Source: Clostridiales bacterium
GTDB taxonomy: Bacteria; Bacillota; Clostridia; Oscillospirales; Acutalibacteraceae
Assembly: GCA_012524025.1 (NCBI GenBank)
Contig: JAAYSC010000028.1
Coordinates: 9,529-73,528, forward strand
Direction: 5' to 3'
DNA: 64,000 bases
Positions 35,770 through 44,752 of the stretch are shown here, piece after piece. A program made the position numbers and the translations under genes. Each line of letters begins with the position of its first letter. Within the stretch, counting starts at the first letter, position 1. The notes beneath the pieces are model-generated. The model was given only the letters and a program-made list of their open reading frames with translations. It had not been told where the DNA came from and did no database searches.

Positions 35770-36390
35770 TTAATTAAGAACTTTTTCAACCCATAAGTCA
35801 GCCATGAGCTCATAGCCGGCCTTTGTGGGATGGACTCCGTCCGCAGCATAAAAATCGGGGCCTTGATTTGAGCTTGCTGTTTTAAAAGCCGCATCAAAAT
35901 CGATAAAGGTTTGATTGTATTTTTTTGCAAGTTGCCTTATGCTTTCTTGTTTGTGTATAAGATCTTCACGCATAGACGAAACTTGCTCATTGATATCCAG
36001 TAAAAAGGGATTTAATAAAATTAAATTCGCCCTCGTTTGCTCCAAAGTGCTTTCAATGAGAGTTTCTACCTGGTTTTCAAACAACTCGTGTGATATGGGG
36101 TCATTGCCGGTATAGCGCCGCCAAGTGTCATTAACCCCAATTAAAATACTGACGGTATCGGGTTGCAGGGCAATACAGTCTTTGTCCCATCGGTCCAATA
36201 AATCCCTTGCCCTGTCGCCGCTTATACCGCGGTTTAGGTAACGGTAGTTTGCTTCCGGTCTTTTTTTATCCAGTATTTTTTTAATCATCAGGGAATAACC
36301 CTTGCCCAGGTCTTCGCTTTTTCTTCTTTTGCGACCCGCATCTGTTATGCTGTCGCCTTGAAAAAGAATGAGCCCGCCTTTTTTAAGCAT
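35770..36390 (-). CDS. SGNH/GDSL-family hydrolase
   Basis: Block I LILFQGDSITDAGR, block III GVND and C-terminal DGVHPT (block V). Confidence 0.85.
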   Translation of the reverse strand: MLKKGGLILFQGDSITDAGRKRRKSEDLGKGYSLMIKKILDKKRPEANYRYLNRGISGDRARDLLDRWDKDCIALQPDTVSILIGVNDTWRRYTGNDPISHELFENQVETLIESTLEQTRANLILLNPFLLDINEQVSSMREDLIHKQESIRQLAKKYNQTFIDFDAAFKTASSNQGPDFYAADGVHPTKAGYELMADLWVEKVLN

Positions 36391-36405
36391 AAAACAACCC
36401 TCGCT

Positions 36406-37893
36406 TCAACGATGATAAAGTTTCTTTGTTTGGTACTTGGGTTCCGAAGTTAAATTTATGCCGAGTTTTCTGTAAGTTTCTTGATCCGACTGGGTCAAAA
36501 TAACCGTCGAATGAGCCTCACAGCCTCGTAAGTCCTTGAGATGCTGCATGCCCTGCATGGCTGCGGCATTGGTTGCGGCACTGATGGAAAGTGCTATCAG
36601 CACTTCATCGGAATGCAACCTGGGGTTTCTGTTACCCAAAACCCCGACCTTTAATTTTTGTATGGGTTCGATTACGGAAGGGTCTATAAGATACTTTTTC
36701 TTATCAATGCCGCTTATGGCCTTGACCGCATTTAGCAAGGCTGCGGCCGAAGCACCCAAAAGGGCGGAAGTTTTGCCCGTGACAACCCTGCCATCATGCA
36801 GTTTTATGGCCATGGCCGGTTGGTCTTCTGTTTGGGCACTGCGATCAAGAGCGTATTTTACCACTTCACGGTCTTCCACGGAAACTTCGGCCTGTTTCAT
36901 TAGGAGTTCAATTTTTTCCACAACTGCGTCGTTACAACGCCCGTTTCGCCTGTCACACATGCTGTTAAAATAGCGGCGAATAATTTCATCTTTTGAAGCA
37001 GCCCTTACCACTTCATCGTCAGTAATGCAGTAACCCGTCATGTTAACACCCATATCCGTCGGGGACTTGTAGGGGCTTTCGCCTTCAATGTGTTCAAATA
37101 TGGTGTTTAAAACGGGGAAAACTTCAACATCACGGTTATAGCTTACGGATGTTACACCGTAAGCTTCAAGATGATAGGGATCTATCATGTTAACATCTTG
37201 CAAGTCTGCCGTTGCCGCCTCATAGGCCAAGTTGAGCGGATGTTTCAAGGGTAGATTCCAAACCGGGAATGTTTCAAATTTTGCATAACCGGCACTGATC
37301 CCTCGCTTATAGTCATGGTAAAGCTGTGACAAACAGGTTGCCATTTTGCCGCTGCCGGGGCCGGGTGCGGTCACAACCACCAGGGGTCTGGTGGTTTCAA
37401 TATAATCATTGCTTCCAAAGCCGCTTTCGCTGACGACATGTCGCACATCCAGGGGGTAACCTTCTATCAGATGATGTATGTAAACTTTTAGGCCCGAACT
37501 TTCAAGCTTCTGCTTGAAAAGCGTAACGGCCGCCTGGCCGCTGTATTGGGCTACGACAATGCTGCCCACATAAATATCATTTTCACGCATGGCGTCAACC
37601 AAACGCAAAACATCGCTGTCATATGAAATACCCAGATCACCGCGGATTTTATTGCTTTCAATATCACAGGCATTTATGACCACTATAATTTCAACATCGG
37701 TTGCTATGTTTTTAAGCATTTGAATTTTACTGTCGGGTGCAAAACCGGGCAAGACGCGCGAGGCGTGATAATCGTCAAAAATCTTCCCGCCGTACTCAAG
37801 GTAGAGCTTGCCCCCAAAGTCGGCAATCCTTTTTTTAATTTCCCGCGACTGCTTTTTGATATAAGCTTCATTGTCAAAACCGATTTTTCGCAC
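36406..37893 (-). CDS. DUF1846 (UPF0371) family protein
   Basis: 495 aa. MRKIGFDNEAYIKKQSREIKKRI...DDYHASRVLPGF... is characteristic of UPF0371. GTG start with SD GGGAG. Confidence 0.8.
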   Translation of the reverse strand: MRKIGFDNEAYIKKQSREIKKRIADFGGKLYLEYGGKIFDDYHASRVLPGFAPDSKIQMLKNIATDVEIIVVINACDIESNKIRGDLGISYDSDVLRLVDAMRENDIYVGSIVVAQYSGQAAVTLFKQKLESSGLKVYIHHLIEGYPLDVRHVVSESGFGSNDYIETTRPLVVVTAPGPGSGKMATCLSQLYHDYKRGISAGYAKFETFPVWNLPLKHPLNLAYEAATADLQDVNMIDPYHLEAYGVTSVSYNRDVEVFPVLNTIFEHIEGESPYKSPTDMGVNMTGYCITDDEVVRAASKDEIIRRYFNSMCDRRNGRCNDAVVEKIELLMKQAEVSVEDREVVKYALDRSAQTEDQPAMAIKLHDGRVVTGKTSALLGASAAALLNAVKAISGIDKKKYLIDPSVIEPIQKLKVGVLGNRNPRLHSDEVLIALSISAATNAAAMQGMQHLKDLRGCEAHSTVILTQSDQETYRKLGINLTSEPKYQTKKLYHR

Positions 37894-37996
37894 ATCTACA
37901 CTCCCTAAAAGTTTTTCGACAGCCGACTATTTAAAAACAACGCGTAACACCACCCGCAAATATCGGCCAATGCTCCGCGTTCATTCTTCCGTTAGC

Positions 37997-38025
37997 ATTA
38001 TATTATCTAAGCGGATAACTGTCAA
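37997..38025 (-). promoter_or_regulatory. Perfect-consensus sigma-A promoter upstream of the DUF1846 gene
   Basis: Minus strand TTGACA (38020-38025), a 17-nt spacer, then TATAAT (37997-38002). A structured leader of about 100 nt follows. Confidence 0.75.
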
Positions 38026-38174
38026 CGCAAAAGGAGACTCTTGGGCCAAATAAGTTAATAAATCCTCTTAAGAAAAGCACTGTTTTCCATTGAAATAGAT
38101 ATAGGCACATGATATTATTGTATTAATTTATCGGTATTTGGTAAATAATACAATATTGTTACAGAGGAGCTCTT

Positions 38175-40793
38175 ATGATTAAGCGGTTTATCTCATTCTT
38201 GCTTTCCGTTAGTATGATGTTTGTTTCGCTTTTCTCGTCAGCGGGCTTGCCGGCCGAAAAACTCCGTATTCTTGTTCCGAAGGACTTTGAGCTTTCTGTA
38301 GGAGAGGGGCGGGCACTTGACTGTATCTTTAAGGACAGGGAAGATACGGGTGAGATTATATGGAGCGCATCCCCCGGCCATGTTGCGGTGGTTGACGCAC
38401 AGGGCAGAGTAACCGCTGTGGGTGTCGGTCAAGCGACTATTAAGGCTGTTTCGGGCCATTTGTCCGATACGGTGACACTTACAGTCCCCGAGGAGCCTAC
38501 AAAAATCCAAAACCAAAACACGGTAAAGATTCAAAACTTCGGCGGCAAGGCTGTGTCCCAAATAGACAATCTTCAAAAAATCGTGACGCGATATCCCAAG
38601 GGCAGTGCCCAGGTCCCGGCCTTTGTGACCGCCGTTTCCGATTATACCAATCATCAACGCGCCCTTACCGCGGACGGTGCCGTGTGGGAGATAACCGATT
38701 ACGGTGTGCTGCGCACAGATGAGAAGGCCCTTACGCCGCGGGACCGCCAACAGCGCTTTATGGGGGACCGTTATTTTTATTCCGCCGATACCACAGACGG
38801 CAAAGTGCTGGCGATTTTTCCCGACGGTGGGGAAGGTATCTGGTCGGTTATGGCAAACGGCTTTACCCATATATCTATGGTAAATATGAGCGGACGGGAT
38901 AAGGCGGTGTCTATGAGTGCCGTGACTCAAGAATTTGTAGAACGGCACGGGATGGTTGCGAGTGCCTCTTATACTAATAACGAGTGGCGTACGCGAGACG
39001 ACGATAACGACGGGCTGTGGACGGCCATGTATGCGGCGGGGGAGCTTATGCGGTATGCCGTTTTGCGCGACGACCCGAGTGCCTCCGCGGCTCAAATAGA
39101 TCAGGCGCGTCAAGTGGCAACGCGGTCTGCCGAGGCTATATTGATGCTCCACTATATTTCTATGAGAGAAGGTACGACCGAGGCCTATATCAGAAGATAC
39201 CACAACGGCAGCTTCCCCGGGGAGCAAGACGACCGTTGGCTTTCAGCCCAAGCACTTGAAAAGGACGGCAAGGGCGCAATTTGTATCCCCTCGAAAAATC
39301 CCGCGGCTCTTTTCAATTCGGGTTACCTAAAATACTCGCTCACGGGTTCGGACAAAAGCCTTATGAACGAAGGTTACTACAATGCGCTTAATCCGAGTGT
39401 TTGGTCAAACCCCGCCAAGGCGGAAAATGAAGGCGTGGAATACGCAAAGCAAACACGACGCCTCAAGGGCTTTGTGGCAAGAACCTATTTTTTAGAAGAT
39501 GGAGGTCACCGTGTAGACGGCAATATTTATTGGAAGGTCAAGGACGACAAGACCGCAATGGGTGTATCCGAAAAAAGAGAGGGCTCTTCGGGTTATTTGC
39601 TTAACAATGAGAATTTACGCGGCTTTGTTACCGATGCGTCGGGTGAAATACCGGAGCGTTTGTGGAAGAGTCTTATCGGCTCCGACTATACTGTCGACGA
39701 TATTATTTACAAGGGCGACACAAGCGCAGATGAAATTGTCGGGCACATGTTTATATTTAAACTGATTTATGATATTTTGGCGCCCGAGGACCCCGAGCTT
39801 AAAGAATTGCTTGTAAAGGCAGCAGATAATTTAGCGGGGCATCTTGCCGATAACGGGCATATGCTTGTTGACGGAAGCGGCCAACCGACAACTTGGTCTG
39901 ACTTTAGCCGAACCTCTTTTTCCACAAGTTCCGCTATTGCCTTGGCACCCCTGCACGCACTCGTTGTGCTTAATGTTTTTAAGGTTGCAGCCTACATAAC
40001 GGGATTTCAAAAATGGGAAAATGAGTACCGTATGTTAGCCCTTGACCCCGCCTATAGATATGCAGAGGTGGCGGCACAGTATTCCGAGCGTATGCATGCG
40101 GCGGTTGCCTACACTATCGGGAAGGAGGTGTCCCCATATCTCGCGCCGGTCATAAACCTTATAGGTGCCGGAAAGATTATGGAAGCTTTCAAGCGAATTG
40201 TTGTTAATTATTCGGACGAAGAAATGGCCATGCTTGCGTTTTATGTGCTCTTCCAACTTGAATGCGATGATAATTTATTGTCATATTACCGTTGGGCACT
40301 TGACGATTGGTGGGTATCGATGAAATACAGTGAAAACCCGCTTTGGTATTATATATACCAGCTTGCTTATCCCAACAAAACCGTCAAAGACGCTTACGGT
40401 AACGATATTCTTAAAACAGCGGCATGGAGCTTAAGCCGGCATCCCGTCGATACTGTCCGTTACCTTGCATCAAACAGAAAACGCGACGATATCGCCGCAC
40501 TTGACTTTTCTTCTTTTGTCATTGATGTAAATGCAACGCTGTCCTATAAACCGACAAAGGGGCTTGCGCTCCCCGAATTGACGGCCGAAGCCACAGCAGT
40601 GGATATAGTTAAATTTCTGTTTTTAGCTTCACGGCTTGACTGGGCGGTGGCTGCGCCCGATGAACGCGCGCTTCATAAGTACAACTCAAGCTCTTTTTGG
40701 CTTGACAGCCACCATAATCCGCGGTTCTTAGAGGCTTCCACCACATACACCCTGCCCTACTGGCTGGGCCTCTATCACGAAATGTTAAAATAA
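38175..40793 (+). CDS. Secreted Big_2 (bacterial Ig-like) domain protein with a large uncharacterised C-terminal domain; paralog of 60250-62418
   Basis: Signal peptide MIKRFISFLLSVSMMFVSLFSSAG. Big_2-like ...LSVGEGRALDC...VDAQGRVTAVGVGQATIKAV... The remainder aligns by eye with the 722-aa protein at 60250-62418. SD GAGGAG. Confidence 0.8.
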   Translation: MIKRFISFLLSVSMMFVSLFSSAGLPAEKLRILVPKDFELSVGEGRALDCIFKDREDTGEIIWSASPGHVAVVDAQGRVTAVGVGQATIKAVSGHLSDTVTLTVPEEPTKIQNQNTVKIQNFGGKAVSQIDNLQKIVTRYPKGSAQVPAFVTAVSDYTNHQRALTADGAVWEITDYGVLRTDEKALTPRDRQQRFMGDRYFYSADTTDGKVLAIFPDGGEGIWSVMANGFTHISMVNMSGRDKAVSMSAVTQEFVERHGMVASASYTNNEWRTRDDDNDGLWTAMYAAGELMRYAVLRDDPSASAAQIDQARQVATRSAEAILMLHYISMREGTTEAYIRRYHNGSFPGEQDDRWLSAQALEKDGKGAICIPSKNPAALFNSGYLKYSLTGSDKSLMNEGYYNALNPSVWSNPAKAENEGVEYAKQTRRLKGFVARTYFLEDGGHRVDGNIYWKVKDDKTAMGVSEKREGSSGYLLNNENLRGFVTDASGEIPERLWKSLIGSDYTVDDIIYKGDTSADEIVGHMFIFKLIYDILAPEDPELKELLVKAADNLAGHLADNGHMLVDGSGQPTTWSDFSRTSFSTSSAIALAPLHALVVLNVFKVAAYITGFQKWENEYRMLALDPAYRYAEVAAQYSERMHAAVAYTIGKEVSPYLAPVINLIGAGKIMEAFKRIVVNYSDEEMAMLAFYVLFQLECDDNLLSYYRWALDDWWVSMKYSENPLWYYIYQLAYPNKTVKDAYGNDILKTAAWSLSRHPVDTVRYLASNRKRDDIAALDFSSFVIDVNATLSYKPTKGLALPELTAEATAVDIVKFLFLASRLDWAVAAPDERALHKYNSSSFWLDSHHNPRFLEASTTYTLPYWLGLYHEMLK

Positions 40794-40815
40794 TAATTTT
40801 ATACGGAGGTGCAAA

Positions 40816-41415
40816 ATGCAAGCAATTTTAGAGTTTGACAAGGCTGTATTTTTGTTTTTTGAAAACTATCTTTGGAGCCCCTTGGCTGACACAATCATGA
40901 CCTTTATTACGCAATTGGGTGACAAGGGTTTTATTTGGATTGTCATAGGTCTCGTTTTACTGTTTTTTAAAAAATACAGAAAATACGGGGTCATGGTTAT
41001 CGGGGGACTCATGTGCTCGCTTGTAATTAACGACTTTATCTTAAAACCCTTGTTTAACAGGCCCCGCCCCTTTGACTTGGATTTGGATTTTTGGAAGGCC
41101 TTTTATGAATACCCCAATTTTGTCACCAAACCAACCAGCGTTTCCTTCCCTTCCGGCCACACTTCCTCATCTTTTGCCGCCGCAACCGCCCTCTTCTTTA
41201 GCCGCAAAAAACGAATTTGCTTGCCGGCCTTGGTCCTGGCCTTCTTAATTGCGGTTTCAAGGATTTATGTTCATGTCCATTATTGTACAGATGTCTTGGC
41301 AGGTTTCGTGGTAGGCGTAATTTATGGTCTTTTAGCTTATTTGATTGTTGAAAAGTTGGTCTGGCCCATTTATGAAAAGCTTGCAGAGCGTTTCAAGGAT
41401 AGAAAAAAGGCCTGA
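40816..41415 (+). CDS. PAP2-family phosphatase (undecaprenyl-diphosphate / lipid phosphatase-like)
   Basis: PAP2 motifs ...KPLFNRPRP..., ...SFPSGHTSSSF..., ...SRIYVHVHYCTDVLAG...; multiple TM segments. Confidence 0.85.
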   Translation: MQAILEFDKAVFLFFENYLWSPLADTIMTFITQLGDKGFIWIVIGLVLLFFKKYRKYGVMVIGGLMCSLVINDFILKPLFNRPRPFDLDLDFWKAFYEYPNFVTKPTSVSFPSGHTSSSFAAATALFFSRKKRICLPALVLAFLIAVSRIYVHVHYCTDVLAGFVVGVIYGLLAYLIVEKLVWPIYEKLAERFKDRKKA

Positions 41416-41431
41416 TATCCTCTTCTTGAGC

Positions 41432-41475
41432 TTAAAAAGCGACGGTAAAATCATCCGTCGCTTCTTCTTGTTTTT
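41432..41475. terminator. Bidirectional hairpin terminator shared by convergent genes
   Basis: aaaAAGCGACGGtaaaatcatCCGTCGCTTcttcttgttttt. The right arm lies in the last codons of the minus-strand gene. Confidence 0.6.
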
Positions 41476-42161
41476 AAATTTAGGTAAACATACAAGATTA
41501 TTCCACCTACTATTGAACCGAGGCTTCCCGCTATAAGGTCGGTCATGGTGTCAATCAGGGCTAGGCGTTCAGGATTAAGGGGGCCAAAAACTTCCAAAAT
41601 TTTTATTAGGCCTTGGCTGTTATGGCAAGACCAGTTTTGGGCATTGCTCATGGGGTAGATGCAGTCGCTGACAAATTCAAAAATTTCCCAGGCGACGGCA
41701 AAGAAAAAAGAAAGCCCAAAGCCGCACACGGCTCCGGTCAAGGGGTCAAGCGGACCTGAATCTTTTTTCAGCGACATGAAGAGCTCGTAGGCCAAATAAA
41801 CACCGATCATACAGCCGAAAAAGTGCAGGTAAAGATCAAACCATTCGCTCTTGCTGTAGAGGCCTTTATACTGGCCGAAATAAGAGGTCATTATAAGCAT
41901 CATAGAAACAAAGCTTTGCACCCTGTAACTTATTCGAGCTAAAAATATTTTGCGCGGTAAAAGATGCAAGAGGGGCAAAACAAAAAGCAAGAGAAAATTT
42001 GTTCTTATTTTCATGGCTAAAAAATCATTGTTACCGCTTTTTAAAGTTTTAACCAAGGCGACAAACAAGAGGGCACGCGCAAACCACCAGAAAAGATAGT
42101 CTAAAATACCGGCCTCGTCGCGAAAATGTTTGTATTCGCTTATCAGTTTTTTCTTTAACAT
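41451..42161 (-). CDS. Hypothetical membrane protein (236 aa)
   Basis: About 6 hydrophobic segments. No family recognised. An extended -10 promoter, TGtTATAAT at 42221-42229, lies upstream. Confidence 0.6.
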   Translation of the reverse strand: MLKKKLISEYKHFRDEAGILDYLFWWFARALLFVALVKTLKSGNNDFLAMKIRTNFLLLFVLPLLHLLPRKIFLARISYRVQSFVSMMLIMTSYFGQYKGLYSKSEWFDLYLHFFGCMIGVYLAYELFMSLKKDSGPLDPLTGAVCGFGLSFFFAVAWEIFEFVSDCIYPMSNAQNWSCHNSQGLIKILEVFGPLNPERLALIDTMTDLIAGSLGSIVGGIILYVYLNLKTRRSDG

Positions 42162-42316
42162 AAAACACCTTGTCCGGTCGGATGGCTATAAACTGCTTAA
42201 CTTATGAATATAACAAACCGATTATAACACTCGACCGCTTCTTATACAAACCAAAAACCAAACTTTGCCTTCCGCTTTCAAGAGTGGGTTTTCAAGGATT
42301 TATCACTCTTCTTTTC

Positions 42317-42345
42317 TTGACAAAAGCCCCCTTGGCCCATATTAT
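42317..42345 (+). promoter_or_regulatory. Consensus sigma-A promoter of the ABC transporter operon
   Basis: TTGACA (42317-42322), a 17-nt spacer, then TATTAT (42340-42345). Confidence 0.75.
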
Positions 42346-42382
42346 GAGATATAGTTAAGAGTGAAATTTGAAAGGGGCCAAC

Positions 42383-43096
42383 ATGCTAAAAATCGAAAAT
42401 CTTTCAAAAACCTATAAGAACGGCAAAAAGGCCGTGGACGATTTAAGCCTTACGGTAAATGCCGGTGAAATTTTTGGCTTTATCGGCCCCAACGGAGCCG
42501 GTAAAACGACCACAATTAAATCTATTGTTGGCATACTCGAATTTGATGCCGGTCAAATATTTATAGACGGCCTGTCTGTAAAAACGCAGCCCTTACAATG
42601 CAAGCAAATCACTGCCTATATACCCGACAATCCGGATTTATATGAATACCTGACGGGCCTCGCTTACATTAATTTTGTGGCCGATATCTTCGGGGTTAAA
42701 AAAGATGAGCGTGAGCCCTTATTGGTAAAGTACGCCGATTTGCTCGACTTGAAGGCCGACCTTGCCAACCCTATTTCATCTTACTCCCACGGTATGAAAC
42801 AAAAATTGGCCCTTATAGCCGCCTTTATTCACAGCCCTAAACTCTTGGTGCTTGACGAACCTTTTGTCGGCCTTGACCCAAAGTCTGCCCACAATTTAAA
42901 AGGCCTTATGCGTGACTTGTGTGACAAGGGCGGAGCTATCTTTTTTTCAAGCCATGTGCTTGATGTGGTGGAAAAACTCTGCGACAGAATTGCCATTATA
43001 AGAGAAGGCAAGCTTATTGCTTGCGGTAACACTAAAGAACTCAAGGGTACCGCCGGCCTGGAAGAGACTTTTTTGGAGTTGACCGACCATGTATAA
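42383..43096 (+). CDS. ABC transporter ATP-binding protein
   Basis: Walker A GPNGAGKTT, signature SHGMKQKL, Walker B LLVLDEP. ATG at 42383 after AAAGGGG; the track ORF begins at an upstream TTG. Confidence 0.9.
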   Translation: MLKIENLSKTYKNGKKAVDDLSLTVNAGEIFGFIGPNGAGKTTTIKSIVGILEFDAGQIFIDGLSVKTQPLQCKQITAYIPDNPDLYEYLTGLAYINFVADIFGVKKDEREPLLVKYADLLDLKADLANPISSYSHGMKQKLALIAAFIHSPKLLVLDEPFVGLDPKSAHNLKGLMRDLCDKGGAIFFSSHVLDVVEKLCDRIAIIREGKLIACGNTKELKGTAGLEETFLELTDHV

Positions 43097-44687
43097 GCTT
43101 AAGTTATTGCTTAATATTCAGCACAAACAGCTCTTGCAATCATTTTTCCCCGCTGCTAATCAGAACAATAAAAGCAAGTTGAAAAAATGGCTTTTAGCCC
43201 TTCTTGTTTTTTTGGCTATATTTTCTCTCGCTTTTTCTTCTTATATGTATTCTTCTCTTGCAGCCGATGCCTTTGCTAAAATAGATGCCTTACGGCTTTT
43301 ACCCGGTTTAACACTTATGAGCGCAAGCCTCCTAATGCTTTTTACAACCCTCTATAGGGTTAAGGGCAGTCTCTTCGCTTTTAAGGACTACGACTTTCTT
43401 ATGTCCTTGCCCATCAAACCCAATACCATAGCCCTTAGCCGCCTAATAATGCTTTATAGGTCCAATCTTTTAGTTTCACTTATTCTTATTGTTCCCGCCT
43501 CAATAGCCTATGCCTTGCGTGCAATGCCGGGGCCTTATTATTACCTTGTTTTTATTCTCACACTTTTTGTTTTACCCTTGATTCCGGTAAGCCTGGCCGC
43601 TGTTTTGGGAACCCTTGTTCACTTAATAAGCTCTGCCTTTAAGAAAAGTAACTTTATTAATATCATTTTAACAACCGCACTTTTCATTCTTATAATGCTG
43701 TTTTCATCCAACACCCAAAGGCTAATCGACTCCATAGCCGATATCGGCGGTGAGGTTATGGGCTTTGTCAACCGCTTCTATCCGCCGGCCGACCTTTATG
43801 TTAAGGCACTTTGTGACAAAAATATTTTAGCCTTATTTTTATTTATCGGCATATCCTTGGGTCTTTTCTTCGGCTTTGCCCTCTTGTTATCTAAATTTTT
43901 CAGGCCTATAAACGATTTGGCCATGCAAAATAAAAACAAAAAAGAATATAAGGAAGGCTCGATAAGCTCGGCATCACCCTTCATGGCCCTTTATAAGCGG
44001 GAATTTAAGCGTTATTTTTCATCATCACCTTATGTCATGAACACTTCGGTTGGCCTGATAATGTTTGCTATTATGTGCATTAGCCTTCTTTTTACCGACC
44101 CTCATAGACTGGAACTCATGTTAAACATGCCGGGCTTTAGCGGTCTTTTTGAAAAAAGCGGCCCCCTTCTTGTTTCGTTCTTTGTTGCCATATCATCCAC
44201 AACCGCAGCATCTATTTCACTTGAGGGCAAAAGTTTATGGATTCTTAAAAGTATGCCTCTGGGCTCCGGGCTTATCCTAAACAGCAAAATAGCCCTAAAC
44301 CTTACTCTTTCGGTTCCCATTTCGCTTATCTGTGCTTCTATTTTGTCTTACTCTTTTGACTTTAATGCCACACAAAGCGTTTTCATGTTTTTAATTCCCT
44401 TGGCTTATGCCTTGTTTGCTGCCCTTTTAGGGCTTGCGGCCAACCTACACTTCCCTAATTTTGACTGGAAAACGGAAGTTAGCGTAATAAAACAAAGTGC
44501 CGCCGTTTTGATCACTACCTTTGGCGGCCTGTTTGCCGTGGGCTTACCGCTCATACTCACCTTTGCCTTAATCTCGGCAAAACCGGAAATTTTGAATCTT
44601 ATTACGCTTATTGCTGTATCGGCGCTTGACCTCATTTTATATATTATGATATTAACACGAGGCGGCAAAATCTTTTCAGCACTCTAA
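43089..44687 (+). CDS. Putative ABC exporter permease (multi-TM, 532 aa)
   Basis: Its start overlaps the ATPase stop. About 12 hydrophobic segments. No conserved motif recognised. Confidence 0.65.
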   Translation: MYKLKLLLNIQHKQLLQSFFPAANQNNKSKLKKWLLALLVFLAIFSLAFSSYMYSSLAADAFAKIDALRLLPGLTLMSASLLMLFTTLYRVKGSLFAFKDYDFLMSLPIKPNTIALSRLIMLYRSNLLVSLILIVPASIAYALRAMPGPYYYLVFILTLFVLPLIPVSLAAVLGTLVHLISSAFKKSNFINIILTTALFILIMLFSSNTQRLIDSIADIGGEVMGFVNRFYPPADLYVKALCDKNILALFLFIGISLGLFFGFALLLSKFFRPINDLAMQNKNKKEYKEGSISSASPFMALYKREFKRYFSSSPYVMNTSVGLIMFAIMCISLLFTDPHRLELMLNMPGFSGLFEKSGPLLVSFFVAISSTTAASISLEGKSLWILKSMPLGSGLILNSKIALNLTLSVPISLICASILSYSFDFNATQSVFMFLIPLAYALFAALLGLAANLHFPNFDWKTEVSVIKQSAAVLITTFGGLFAVGLPLILTFALISAKPEILNLITLIAVSALDLILYIMILTRGGKIFSAL

Positions 44688-44752
44688 TGTTAATCCCCGG
44701 GCAAATCAATTAAAATATTAATTGTCTTTATAGGACAATGAAGGAGAAAAAC

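Noticed and set aside
38117-38154. Inverted repeat ATTGTATTA ... TAATACAAT upstream of the Big_2 gene
   Set aside because: The 9-bp arms are AT-rich, the spacer is 20 nt, and no clear promoter could be positioned relative to it. It is noted but too weak to call an operator.
38238-39227. 329-aa minus-strand ORF
   Set aside because: It lies antisense within the GC-rich Big_2 protein gene. It is Arg/Gly/His/Pro-rich with no SD. The sense-strand protein has a signal peptide, a recognisable domain and a paralog.
42170-42358. 62-aa plus-strand ORF before the ABC transporter
   Set aside because: It contains the TTGACA-17-TATTAT promoter of the ABC operon inside it. It has no SD and is more likely plain intergenic DNA.
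44707-44724. Small palindrome CAATTAAaataTTAATTG upstream of pyk
   Set aside because: It has 7-bp AT-only arms in an AT-rich spacer and could easily arise by chance. I saw no second copy.
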